Shown here piece after piece: positions 10,276-19,899 of a DNA stretch of 64,000 nucleotides. The stretch comes from a virus, in the IMG/VR virus record IMGVR_UViG_3300042904_000107, positions 1-64,000 of that record; one strand, written 5' to 3'. How positions within the stretch are numbered: position 1 is the first letter of the stretch; each line of letters starts with the position of its first letter. The position numbers were made by a program, and so were the translations under genes. The notes under the pieces were generated by a model. That model did no database searches. It saw only the letters and a list, made by a program, of their open reading frames with translations, and had not been told where the DNA came from.

Positions 10276-10797
10276 TTACTGACGTCCTGTGGAGTTGTAT
10301 CCGCCTGCGCGGGTTGTCTTTTGACCGGGAGGTGTATCAATCCGAACTAGATCGGTCTCAACATTCCTCTCCAACATACCTTGACATAGGCGCTCACCAT
10401 GCTCGATTTCGAGAGGTTCACCGCTCAAGTTTTGAAGAAGGAGTGCCGTCTCATTCACATAATCATCGTCAATGATTCCAGTTCCATTCGCAAGGCGAAT
10501 ACCGCGCTTCAGGCCGGTACCTCCACGCATGAACACCTTGATGTGATATCCCGTAGGGATGTCAAAGATCAAACCCGTTGGAATCATCCAACGAAAATAA
10601 GGATCTTCCGGGAGGAAAACACGTTTCTCTGAGCCGGTGAATAGGACTTGTTGTTCTGTTTTGCGATCTTGTCCTAGAAATCCCTTAATCGTTCCTTTGG
10701 TGAGGTCTGCTCTCAAATCAAAACAAGCGGATCCGTCCGTCGCAAACGTAGGATCCGCTACAGCATCACCATTAATTTTAAAAAAGCCTAACTTCAT
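10276..10797 (-). CDS. dut: trimeric dUTPase
   Basis: GSACFDL, IPTG, GIID.DY, GERLCQ, RAGG..STG. Confidence 0.92.
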   Translation of the reverse strand: MKLGFFKINGDAVADPTFATDGSACFDLRADLTKGTIKGFLGQDRKTEQQVLFTGSEKRVFLPEDPYFRWMIPTGLIFDIPTGYHIKVFMRGGTGLKRGIRLANGTGIIDDDYVNETALLLQNLSGEPLEIEHGERLCQGMLERNVETDLVRIDTPPGQKTTRAGGYNSTGRQ

Positions 10798-11162
10798 CTT
10801 TTGGTTGTTGCCTTCTTCTTGGTTGTTTTCTTGCGTGCGGTTTTCTTTTTGGGAGCCGCAGTCTTCTCTTGAGTCTTTTCCCAGTCTCGGATGGCTTGTT
10901 GGACGGCTAATTTGGCGCTATAGAGGCTGATATATGATCCGATTTCATCGCCTTCAATTTCGACTTCCCAGACCAAATTCTCATCACCATCGTCCTCACT
11001 ATAACTCGTGTAGACTATCGCCAAAACTCTATTGTCGGAATCCACTAGGGAATAACATTGTCTGTTTACGCGGACCCACTGTGTCGTTTCTAGCATAGGT
11101 CGTCCTTGTTCGGGTATATCTTGGACAAAACCATAGTTTGTAAATCTCATCAAATCAGCCAT
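10794..11162 (-). CDS. hypothetical protein with Lys-rich tail
   Basis: 122-aa ORF in operon. Confidence 0.6.
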   Translation of the reverse strand: MADLMRFTNYGFVQDIPEQGRPMLETTQWVRVNRQCYSLVDSDNRVLAIVYTSYSEDDGDENLVWEVEIEGDEIGSYISLYSAKLAVQQAIRDWEKTQEKTAAPKKKTARKKTTKKKATTKR

Positions 11163-11176
11163 CCTAAAGGGATTAT

Positions 11177-11995
11177 TTATTTAATCAACGAAATAGTTCC
11201 AGTAACCGCTTGTGATGCTGGGCGAAGGATTCCATATCCTGTCACACCCTTGACACCGTAATCGAGAACTCTATAGTACCAACGCGGATGCGTCCAATAC
11301 TCGATGTTCTTGGTAATACCCGCAAAGTTATTAGTGATCTTTTCCGAGTGATCCAGAAAGATGGGGAACTTCTGACTGAACAACTTGGATGCTTCGCTGA
11401 AATCGCGCATTCCATATCTCGTGTCGATCATCATATCGGTCACAAGATTCTGGACACACAGACGATTATTCAAACAATCTGTTTGCTCACCAAACCGCTC
11501 GTTGAGTTTAGCTCCGACTTTCGCTGGAAGGTTCGAGTACTCCGTCAATAGCTTTCCCACATTACCATTCAAAGTGGTAATCTGAGTGTTTGCGTCTATC
11601 TCCAGTTTGTCGATGCGCTTGAAGGAATCAGTACGAAGGTTGTTCGCCAATTCGAATGTCTTGGTTTCAACTGAATCGATCCGCTTATCGGCTTTATCAG
11701 CCAACCTTACGACTGTTTTCTGGAGAGACTCAAAGCGAACATTGACTAGAGCCACGATATCCTGACGGCTATCATGTATCTCTTTAACTGCGGCCTCTCT
11801 TGTTACTTGTACTTCTATTTTAGCATCATTGCGTAGGCCAGTCAACTGGTTTTCTACTAGTTTAGTTGATATTAAAGGGGTATAGACGAAGGCGAACGCG
11901 ATTGCTAGAACGAGAACACACTTACAGACGATGTAAGTGATATCCAACCAAGAACGTTGCGGTTTCTCATCGCTGTAGGGTAGTTGAAAGGCCAT
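11177..11995 (-). CDS. membrane-anchored coiled-coil protein
   Basis: N-terminal TM helix followed by heptad-rich region. Confidence 0.6.
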   Translation of the reverse strand: MAFQLPYSDEKPQRSWLDITYIVCKCVLVLAIAFAFVYTPLISTKLVENQLTGLRNDAKIEVQVTREAAVKEIHDSRQDIVALVNVRFESLQKTVVRLADKADKRIDSVETKTFELANNLRTDSFKRIDKLEIDANTQITTLNGNVGKLLTEYSNLPAKVGAKLNERFGEQTDCLNNRLCVQNLVTDMMIDTRYGMRDFSEASKLFSQKFPIFLDHSEKITNNFAGITKNIEYWTHPRWYYRVLDYGVKGVTGYGILRPASQAVTGTISLIK

Positions 11996-12270
11996 TACTT
12001 TACTCCTGTCAATTTGTCGAAACTGTTAACAGTTTCATGAACACGACCATCAACAAACTTTAGGAATAGTGGGAGCCGGCGGATAGAGAACTTGTGGACT
12101 AATTCACGTTCAGCGTTGAAGTCGACCGTTCCAAATTTGACGTTCTGTGCGATTTGTCCTTCAACCTGAACAGGTAGTGGATCAGATGCATCGGTGAACA
12201 ACACAACTACGATTCCTTTGTAGTCGGTTACTTCAGCCTGGAAATTGTCTTTAGATAAGGTGACGATCAT
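11995..12270 (-). CDS. thioredoxin-fold protein lacking CxxC
   Basis: LSKDNF..EV, F.I..LP.F..F.DG thioredoxin pattern; no Cys. Confidence 0.6.
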   Translation of the reverse strand: MIVTLSKDNFQAEVTDYKGIVVVLFTDASDPLPVQVEGQIAQNVKFGTVDFNAERELVHKFSIRRLPLFLKFVDGRVHETVNSFDKLTGVK

Positions 12271-12281
12271 ATCACCAATAT

Positions 12282-13166
12282 CTATGTTCCGCGGACTTCT
12301 GAATCGAACGTGATTGAAAAGGTTGGTGGGGTTAGGTCGTCAGTATTGAAGCCGTTGATATCGTAGGACAACGTAATATGTGGTTTGTATGTATCAAAAT
12401 CCGGTTGAGATCCCATTTCGCGAGCTTTTGTCCACTGCTCATTAGCATCCGCGTGTTCGAATCTCAGAACGAATGCGCTTCCAAAAATATCGAAATGGTA
12501 TGGAGGTTCAACAGTTGTTCCGTATGGAAGTAATTCGTAGTCTGGTAATTCGGATGCCTTACTGTAGACCACGGTGCAATGAAGCTTTTCACGAAGAACA
12601 GGATTTGGAATCTTATTCTCTTCCATCCATTTGACAAGCTTCTCAGAGGAATGCTTACTGACCGGAAGGTACATGTAAGCTTTTTCTTTCTCACCTTGGG
12701 CAGCTTCAAGCAATTTGATGGCCAATACTTCGATTAATTCCTCGAATGTATCCAGCATCTTCACACCGTGGATCTCACACGTCACACGAACATTGGTGCG
12801 GCGCCAATACCCATCAGGGCAACAAACCAACGCACGCTCAGGAGCGCGTTCAAGATGTTGACCTAGTTCCAGCAATGTGATTGGAGACTTAGTGTTTGGA
12901 TCGAAATAGAAGATGGCGAGATCTGAATGTCGGAGTGAATTTAACTCCCATTTGATCTGCTCGATTAATTCTGGATGGTCGTCACCCCAAGTTGGATCCC
13001 AATCCTGGCGACGTGGGTTGAGGAATGTAATATGTGGAACTTCTTTGAAGATATTTGTAATCTTATCTTGCCACTTGTCTGCTTTGCCTTGCTCGATTGA
13101 GCCGGCGAGAAAAATGGTCAAGTCTTCAGTTTCAACTGGAAGTGGAGCGTAGATTACGTTAGACAT
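12282..13166 (-). CDS. fusion: nucleoside 2-deoxyribosyltransferase-like domain + Acb1/gp57B-like 2H phosphoesterase
   Basis: N-term IFLAGSIE..WQ..NPRR..QI.WE..SPITLLELG; C-term IPNPV.REKLHCTVVYS ... DFD.YKPHITLSY. Confidence 0.85.
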   Translation of the reverse strand: MSNVIYAPLPVETEDLTIFLAGSIEQGKADKWQDKITNIFKEVPHITFLNPRRQDWDPTWGDDHPELIEQIKWELNSLRHSDLAIFYFDPNTKSPITLLELGQHLERAPERALVCCPDGYWRRTNVRVTCEIHGVKMLDTFEELIEVLAIKLLEAAQGEKEKAYMYLPVSKHSSEKLVKWMEENKIPNPVLREKLHCTVVYSKASELPDYELLPYGTTVEPPYHFDIFGSAFVLRFEHADANEQWTKAREMGSQPDFDTYKPHITLSYDINGFNTDDLTPPTFSITFDSEVRGT

Positions 13167-13174
13167 AATGTTTA

Positions 13175-13252
13175 TGGCGGGAGAGGGGAGACTCGAACTC
13201 CCTCCGCATGGCTTTGGAGGCCAGCAGGCTTCCCATTATCAACACTCTCCCG
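13175..13252 (-). tRNA. tRNA-Trp(CCA)
   Basis: cloverleaf, loop CT-CCA-AA, encoded CCA end. Confidence 0.85.
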
Positions 13253-13262
13253 ATTTAAAATT

Positions 13263-13339
13263 TGGTGCCGGCCCAAGGAATCGAACCTTGTCCTTTGGGG
13301 TTTCAAGCCAACATGCGCACCAGCTAACACCAGACCGGC
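13263..13339 (-). tRNA. tRNA-Phe(GAA)
   Basis: loop TT-GAA-AC, C31-C39 mismatch, CCA end. Confidence 0.8.
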
Positions 13340-13660
13340 GTAGCTAGTTGCTAAATCGAGAGACACACCAAGGACGAATACCATCCATGGTATCATTTTG
13401 CAATGCTCTGTTCATGTCTTCGTCCTTTCTACTGGTATATATTACTATTCTAAAGCCAACTTCTCGAAAAATGCCGTCATTGATCGACCATCTTCTAGAA
13501 GGAGCTTTTTTCTAGGATGATCCGGAATCTGAAGTGTTGTGCTTCCTTTTGTTGGAAAAACTACATCTTGCTCTGGAGATTTAACCAGATTGCGATCCTT
13601 TTCATCAGCGATTAATCGCCGCAGTTCATCTACGGTTAAGGTAATTGTCATAATAAACTT

Positions 13661-13699
13661 TGGTGGAGCCGGTGGGATCCTATTCTGAGCTACAGCCCC
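13661..13699 (-). pseudogene. internally deleted tRNA-Ala relic / minihelix
   Basis: GGGGCTGTAGCTCAG...ATCCCACCGGCTCCACCA; intact acceptor with G3-U70. Confidence 0.65.
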
Positions 13700-13961
13700 C
13701 TAATAAATCTTTCAACTTCTCCGGCACTCGGCTTTCAGGGATAACAACCATCATATCAGGTTGAATCTCCGCAGTGTACCGCCTGCCGGTAGAATTGATA
13801 TTCTCGATGGTAATACCGAGATTAAACCACCGGTCACGTGGACGCGGTGATCTATGAAATTCCTTCACTCTAGCAATTTTGAGGTCGTGCCGTCCCCAAC
13901 TGCGAGTGGCATAGGCGACCCAATCACCCACACGAATGTCGTGACCGGTAATATCAGTCAT
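13680..13961 (-). CDS. small hypothetical protein (paralog of 34522..34794)
   Basis: D..G..I..G..VAYA....KI.RV...VV.PES shared. Confidence 0.6.
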   Translation of the reverse strand: MTDITGHDIRVGDWVAYATRSWGRHDLKIARVKEFHRSPRPRDRWFNLGITIENINSTGRRYTAEIQPDMMVVIPESRVPEKLKDLLGGCSSE

Positions 13962-14095
13962 AATAAATTCTCCACATCTTATAGATTGGTCCGATGACCA
14001 AGTAAATCACTGGAAGGAGCAACAACAAAAGCATGACATAAAGTGCCGTCCCTAGACGGCGCACTGTCTTTACCTCTCATGCTTTACCTCTTTAA

Positions 14096-14180
14096 TGGTA
14101 GCCAAGGAGAGACTTGAACTCTCAAGCCCGAAGGCACTCGCTCTTAAGGCGAGCGCGTCTGCCAATTTCGCCACTCGGCC
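14096..14180 (-). tRNA. tRNA-Leu(TAA)
   Basis: CTCGC-CTTAAGA-GCGAG, long variable arm, CCA. Confidence 0.93.
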
Positions 14181-14406
14181 AGATCTACTACTCCAGGGCG
14201 CCAAGGATCGGCGCCTCCACCACTCTGTTTTATCCGGAAACAGAGAAAGGAAATTCCACCAGGATTTCACGAGGTAACTGCTTGCCAGCAGTATGCACTA
14301 GCCCAATAGCCTCCACAGTACATCGCGTTTGGGCGGCCGTCCTACTTTGCGAAGGGATTCGTTTACCTAACGTTCCTAAGTCTATCTGGTGGTTTTCTCG
14401 TTTAAT

Positions 14407-14485
14407 TGGCTCCCCTGGTGGTGCGCGACTGTCACATCCTTCCGACTAAGGTCGGGACGAAGCGTCTTTATCGTTCTACAGGGAA
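14407..14485 (-). ncRNA. degenerate tRNA-like RNA with CCA end
   Basis: acceptor TTCCCTG/CAGGGGA-G-CCA; central hairpin CCGAC-CTTA-GTCGG; no canonical T-loop. Confidence 0.5.
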
Positions 14486-14616
14486 TCTTTTAGCGTTCCA
14501 AGGATACTATTCGTCTGAATTACGGCAGACTTCACCGAGTCACTGTACCTTTAGACCTCAGCCACTTGTTAGTTGGGCTGCCGATATGTCACCATATTGG
14601 TTCAGAACGCACATCG

Positions 14617-14704
14617 TGGTAGCAGAGGAGAGACTTGAACTCTCACGGGGTTTCCCCCACTGGTTCCTAAGACCAGCGCGTGCTGCCAATTTCGCCACTC
14701 TGCC
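14617..14704 (-). tRNA. tRNA-Leu(TAG)
   Basis: CTGGT-CTTAGGA-ACCAG, long variable arm, CCA. Confidence 0.93.
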
Positions 14705-14709
14705 ACAAA

Positions 14710-14717
14710 TATTTATA
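14710..14717 (-). promoter_or_regulatory. T4-type late promoter TATAAATA
   Basis: exact TATAAATA directly upstream of tRNA-Leu(TAG); gp55 encoded in window. Confidence 0.55.
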
Positions 14718-14885
14718 TCTGGATTCGGAACTGACTATTAAATGACTCCAAAATCGCCTCGACTTCCGCCTCTTGTCCAGAAACATACGATGCCTGTACT
14801 TCAGTCATTCCAAATTGTTGTGACTTCAAGTACTTCAGCCTGTCTTCCAACTCTTTGCGGAAGGCGCGAATAATGGGATTCATAT

Positions 14886-15323
14886 CTAGTAACTCTCAAG
14901 AACGTGGAGCTTCTTCGGGCCCATGCCCTTTGCCATCTGCTTCTTCGTGTAGCGAATCGTCGCCCACGTACCGCTTCCACGGAACTCCTCCTTATTGTGG
15001 TCTTTCGGTCCACCGTACATAATGTCTACGGTGTCCACAATATCATGATCTCGGTCGTGATACCGCTTTTCAGGATATACCGTGTCACCTGGCTGAGCAC
15101 AGTATGCCCGGAACTTCGGACTCTCTGGCGGATGAATGTGAATCTTTGCGCCGAGTCTTCGCATGATCTCGTCTCCCTCAGCATCTCCACCAATACAATC
15201 ACCGTGGTGAAACTCGATCTCATGTCCCTTCAATATCAAGCTACGCGCATCGGAGAGCAGCTTCCGGAGTTGCTTCATCGTCATTCCATTGCGCGTAGCG
15301 GTGATACCGACTTTAACGGTCAT
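14886..15323 (-). CDS. SLOG-family (YspA-like) nucleotide-binding protein
   Basis: VGITATR, HHGDCIGGD, RDHDIVD, GSGTWATIRY. Confidence 0.7.
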   Translation of the reverse strand: MTVKVGITATRNGMTMKQLRKLLSDARSLILKGHEIEFHHGDCIGGDAEGDEIMRRLGAKIHIHPPESPKFRAYCAQPGDTVYPEKRYHDRDHDIVDTVDIMYGGPKDHNKEEFRGSGTWATIRYTKKQMAKGMGPKKLHVLESY

Positions 15324-15403
15324 GTTAGTATCCTCTCAATCGTTTGAGGGCACGATCAATAAAACCATGAAAATATAACATGAATAGCGCTATCATGTAA
15401 ACC

Positions 15404-15432
15404 ATTATAGCATAGGCCATAATGGTTGTCAA
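15404..15432 (-). promoter_or_regulatory. sigma70-type promoter
   Basis: perfect TTGACA-17-TATAAT with TG. Confidence 0.85.
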
Positions 15433-15442
15433 GTACAGGAAA

Positions 15443-15518
15443 TGGCTCCCCACCTAGGATTCGAACCTAGATCTTCATGGTTAACAGCCAAGCGCCTTAC
15501 CAGTTAGGCTAGCGGGGA
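15443..15518 (-). tRNA. tRNA-Asn(GTT)
   Basis: loop CT-GTT-AA, U1-A72, G73, CCA. Confidence 0.92.
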
Positions 15519-15526
15519 GTGAGGTT

Positions 15527-15603
15527 TGGAGTCCCCGCCAGGATTTGAACCTGGGACACGCGGGTTAACAGCCCGCCGCTCTACCAGACTGAGCTACGGA
15601 GAC
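15527..15603 (-). tRNA. tRNA-Asn(GTT), atypical acceptor
   Basis: GCGGG-CTGTTAA-CCCGC; G1-C72, U73. Confidence 0.85.
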
Positions 15604-15610
15604 TCAAAAC

Positions 15611-16450
15611 TTAAAATATCTGCAAGGACGTGCCGCAAACAGGGCAGAAACGTGAAGTAGAATCACTTCTCTTTCCGCAGGTAGTACACGTTTGCCGCGT
15701 TTTCACGGTGATCGGTTTAGGCACCGGTTTATTTGCGAACGTACCGCGCAACTTCAGGATCAGGACTTCACTCTGCGCCTGAACTGGGAACGAACTGACG
15801 GTGGTAAACTGTTGATTGCTCAAACTACCAGGTACGGTGATACCTTCATCAGACTGCGCCGAAAAACTTGCCGTCGGTGTAGAATTCACCGAATTCAAAA
15901 ACACACTTGAAGTGGAGATTCCTCTGCTAGAGATACCTCTCGACCGTTCCCCACCGGAATCAATCGAATCGAATGAACGGTAGCGCGGGGAATCGACCGA
16001 ACCCTTGAGTGCGGTATTCCAAATTTGTACATCGTGGTTATAACGGATGTTGTCCGGACCGTAATTAATATACGGTCTAGGAATCACCAGCGGTGGATCC
16101 GATTCAGTCCAATACTCAATGCGAATCAAGCCGTCGTCAGCCTTGATACCGCGAAACTCTTCGATTTCCTCAGTTCGCTGGATAAACTTGAATCTGTTTC
16201 CTTGGCTCAGATTCCCGTTCTTGATGAACCGCTGCAATTCGATTTCCGAATTGGCGTGAATCACCAGCAGAGTGCCGTCTGTGGCATCAGTCCCATCGAC
16301 GGTCACTTTGACCATCACTCTCCGTGACTTCAGGTTCTTGATGAGAATGGAATACTCTGAACCAAAAGGAAGCAGAACTGCGTCCTTGTCTTCTCTGAGG
16401 ACTTTACCGTTAACCTTAATAACGGCTACAAGTCCGGTCTGATACATCAT
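15611..16450 (-). CDS. conserved hypothetical protein with C-terminal zinc ribbon
   Basis: 279 aa, CTTCG...FCPVCG; strong SD AAGGAG. Confidence 0.75.
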   Translation of the reverse strand: MMYQTGLVAVIKVNGKVLREDKDAVLLPFGSEYSILIKNLKSRRVMVKVTVDGTDATDGTLLVIHANSEIELQRFIKNGNLSQGNRFKFIQRTEEIEEFRGIKADDGLIRIEYWTESDPPLVIPRPYINYGPDNIRYNHDVQIWNTALKGSVDSPRYRSFDSIDSGGERSRGISSRGISTSSVFLNSVNSTPTASFSAQSDEGITVPGSLSNQQFTTVSSFPVQAQSEVLILKLRGTFANKPVPKPITVKTRQTCTTCGKRSDSTSRFCPVCGTSLQIF

Positions 16451-16774
16451 CGTGTCTCCTTATTACAGCCCATCGGCTAAGGGCTCGTCTGTTTAAAGCC
16501 GAATTGATTTAACAACTAATCCGATGCTTCATTCACCGGTATCATGTCATTACTGGAGGCTAAAACCCCTTCGTTTGCAGGTGCTTCCCACCAATCCACA
16601 ATGCATGTGTCATTGCAGAAAAAAGCCAACCGTTCATGTTTTGGTTGGGCAGGGTCACCGACCCAGAGTGTCGTGGGTGTTCCGGTAATCGCTTTTCCGC
16701 AATGTTCGCAGTTTTCCGCAAGCAATCTATATAGCGCGGAATTATCAACAGTCTCTTTTTCGTCCATAATATTT

Positions 16775-16850
16775 TGGAGCGGACGGCGGGACTCGAACCC
16801 GCAACCTCTGCCTTGGCAAGGCAGCGCTCTACCAATTGAGCTAAGCCCGC
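16775..16850 (-). tRNA. tRNA-Gly(GCC)
   Basis: canonical cloverleaf, CCA. Confidence 0.95.
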
Positions 16851-17152
16851 AACATCTCCAATGCAAAATCGCTCATATTACAAAACTCCACCCACACGTC
16901 ACCATGACATGGTAGTGGATGACACCAACATCCTAAAGTCTTACCGCGAAGATACTTGACCTTCTCAATAAAACCAGGCTGCTTTGGAGCCCATTCGCGG
17001 AAAGAAGCAATTGCCTCACCTCGCGTCTGAACCTTAAATTCAGCCCTTGTGCATTCCTTGTGTGAGAATGGATTTTGGTAGGGTCCCACACGACCTATGT
17101 ATACATCGTATGGTTCTTTTTGGAAATGGACCAGCTTAGTAGTAAGACTCAT
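16841..17152 (-). CDS. DUF4326-family protein
   Basis: DVYIGR...NPF...LRGKTLGCWC.P.PCHGDV. Confidence 0.8.
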   Translation of the reverse strand: MSLTTKLVHFQKEPYDVYIGRVGPYQNPFSHKECTRAEFKVQTRGEAIASFREWAPKQPGFIEKVKYLRGKTLGCWCHPLPCHGDVWVEFCNMSDFALEMLRA

Positions 17153-17400
17153 TGACCAATTGCATTTCGTATTCCTGAATAACGAAGTTTGCTTCACATA
17201 ACCATTCACACTTTTTCTTCCATGAGGTATACGTCATCATGGTCGTCAAAGCGTTGGATGCGTCATTCTTGCGCTTGTACTTCTTCGCCTTTTCAATCTT
17301 TAGATTCCAACGGTCGTTGACATCCGAATGATAATTGCCTTGATAGTACTCACCGGTATCTAGACGTTTCAATACGAACACTTTTCCCATAAACAACTCC

Positions 17401-17477
17401 TGGAGCGGATACGGGGACTCGAACCCCGCCCCTTTGGGTGGAAGCCAAATATACTAGCCAGTCTATACGTTACCCGC
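17401..17477 (-). tRNA. tRNA-Gly(TCC)
   Basis: TTTGG-CTTCCAC-CCAAA, CCA. Confidence 0.9.
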
Positions 17478-17667
17478 TTATTTCCTACTACATGCAGGAA
17501 ATAATAGTTGCTGTCATGACAGCAACCGCCATCATTAAATCCTCATCCTGACGGCGCCGATTTTCTTCCTGCTTTTTATTCCACTTATCATTGCAGGCTT
17601 GGCACCCACATCGCGGTGGATAGATCGCCTGGTAATCTTTAAAGTATTTACATTTTTCCATAAATTT

Positions 17668-17743
17668 TGGCTGGGAGAGGTGGATTTGAACCACCGTCTT
17701 TGGGGTCAGAACCCAAGATCCTAGGCCGCTGAACGATCTCCCA
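17668..17743 (-). tRNA. tRNA-Gln(CTG)
   Basis: loop TT-CTG-AC, U1-A72, CCA. Confidence 0.92.
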
Positions 17744-18552
17744 ATGTGCTACTCTCCAGTGGAGAGAAACTGTTTGAGAGCATTCAATCCAGCAGTTGTC
17801 GTGTAGCCGACTTTGACAACTACACCGTCTTCCATGTAGTGCCACTCATTCCCAGGAATATCAATAAGGATGACATTCTGCCCACCGTCTATCCAGGACA
17901 CATGACCATGTACTACGGGTGTCGTTTGACGCTTAAATCCGTATGCACTTAAATCGACATTTTTTGACTCGGAAATGATCTCTCTCAGTGTCATACTCGT
18001 ATTTAGTCAACAAATGTGGCCAGCAGTCTGGGATCGTCGGGGATCGCGCTCTTAATTGTCGTTCATACTATCAGCAATCGCGTTAATGTCAATAACTCCC
18101 ATTAAAACGAGGACAGCATTCGAGACAAATTGAATTCCGAGCCAGACGAAAAACGGATACACCAATTCCGTAAGTCCGGCAGTTAATGCGAGGGCCAAAA
18201 CGGCGACTCCAATATTCACGAAAAAGAACGCGAATGTGGTTCTTCTATTCTTCGTGGCAATACTTGTGCGTTCTTGTTCAGGACTCATACACTCTTGATC
18301 CCGAACAAGGCAATAAACATGCCGATCAGAGCCATGATTCCGACGAGAATCGCAAAGAGCGCCAAGCTACCGGCCGCTCCCGCAAGTCCGCCACAGAAGA
18401 AGAGGGTGAAGACTGCGAAAAGGATCCAGAAAACAATAAGCTGGTTTTCTGAGACTTCCTTACCCATTAGGGTGTATTCGTTGTATGCCATAATAACCTC
18501 CGAAGGCACTACTTCCGTGCCTTATCTTTTCGTTCAGCGGCAAGTAACGCCA

Positions 18553-19695
18553 CTACTTCTTTTTCTTCTTTGCGTCCATATCGCGAGGATCTCTTATCCC
18601 AATACCACGAGGGAAACGAGGCTTGTTTTCTTTTGTGCGGTTTTGATATCGAACTTTACACCATTGTCCAACGTACTGTTTGGCGTACCGGTAATACTCT
18701 TCACGCTTTTCTTGGGTGGTCTTTGGAACTACTTCAAATGGGCGCCCCTCTTCCTGAACACATTCCCAGATAACAGACTTTTCAAACTTACCAACACCAT
18801 GCGTGAAACCGACAATCTTGAATTCATCGTCCATGGAAGACTTGACTTTCAACAGGTCATGGGATCGGTGACCGAAAAGATACAATCCGTTCGCGTTCCG
18901 GCCCATCGCGCCTTCGTAGCCCTGCTCGACCAGTTTGTCTTCCCAGTCCAGGACCTCTTGCGCGTTCTTTGCTTTGCCAACGACCTTGACGAACTTAACC
19001 ATGTTCGTCTTGTTGAGGTTCTTGGCAAAGAACATCGCCAGATTGTGATACCGAGTCTCCCACGGGTGATTCTTGCCGTTTTCGTCAAGCGGCATATCGT
19101 AGACGTGGTATTCAAGCCGCGCGGTTTCGGGATAAATCTTCTTCGTCCACGAGGCGATGTCTTCGAACAACACACCGTGGATGTAGAGTTCACCGTCGAG
19201 AACCATATCCTTCGGCAGGTACTCTTCCAACTCACGGATGATGTGAACGGGTGCTTCCCATTCTTTACCGCCGCGTGTGCCGAGGACTACTCGGTCACCG
19301 TCCCAGAATGCCATTGCGCGGGCACCGTCGAGTTTCGGCTGGATGTCCAGCGGGTACTTCGCCTTCTTACTGAAGACTCCTGGCTTCTTGGGATCTTTGA
19401 ACGGGTGCGCCAGCATCGGAAGAAAGACTTCCTCTTGCGCGTCTTCGACCGTCTCGGAGTATTTGCGCTCGACCTTGTTCGTCCACATGGACTTGGCCTC
19501 GCGGTCAGCTTGCTCCTTCGGCGACGTTTCATTGGCGCGGCCGACGTTCTTTGCCTCACACTTGATTCCAGGTGTACGTTGAAGCGCTCCGCCGATCTGA
19601 CCGTGTTCGGTGAAAATCGTATCACCTTCTGTCCAGATCTTCCATTGCCAGGTTGCTCCGCTTTTACCTTTGTGGTACAGCGTCGGAAATTTCAC
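18553..19695 (-). CDS. ATP-dependent DNA ligase
   Basis: QPKLDG.R, LDGELY, GYEG.M.R, LLKVK, PRFP. Confidence 0.93.
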   Translation of the reverse strand: MKFPTLYHKGKSGATWQWKIWTEGDTIFTEHGQIGGALQRTPGIKCEAKNVGRANETSPKEQADREAKSMWTNKVERKYSETVEDAQEEVFLPMLAHPFKDPKKPGVFSKKAKYPLDIQPKLDGARAMAFWDGDRVVLGTRGGKEWEAPVHIIRELEEYLPKDMVLDGELYIHGVLFEDIASWTKKIYPETARLEYHVYDMPLDENGKNHPWETRYHNLAMFFAKNLNKTNMVKFVKVVGKAKNAQEVLDWEDKLVEQGYEGAMGRNANGLYLFGHRSHDLLKVKSSMDDEFKIVGFTHGVGKFEKSVIWECVQEEGRPFEVVPKTTQEKREEYYRYAKQYVGQWCKVRYQNRTKENKPRFPRGIGIRDPRDMDAKKKKK

Positions 19696-19869
19696 TGACC
19701 AAGCTCCTCATTGAGACGAACGACCTTCACGTCTACACACCATGGACCAAGGATTTTCTGGACCCGATCCTTGAAAAATGCCTCCGCTTGATCTGTTTGC
19801 GGGAACTGTGTATCTAGTTCAATCTGGAGTGTGTGACGGTAGTTCATCATAAGATTATCTCACATGTTC

Positions 19870-19899
19870 ATAATAACACGAACGTAGGCCGGTAGTCAA
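19870..19899 (-). promoter_or_regulatory. sigma70-type promoter
   Basis: TTGACT-18-TATTAT. Confidence 0.6.

Noticed and set aside
13172-13396. ORFs overlapping tRNA genes (also 14070, 22693, 23447, 32529)
   Set aside because: Spurious translations across tRNA genes.
18274-19698. 474-aa plus-strand ORF
   Set aside because: Antisense shadow of the DNA ligase gene; no recognisable motifs.
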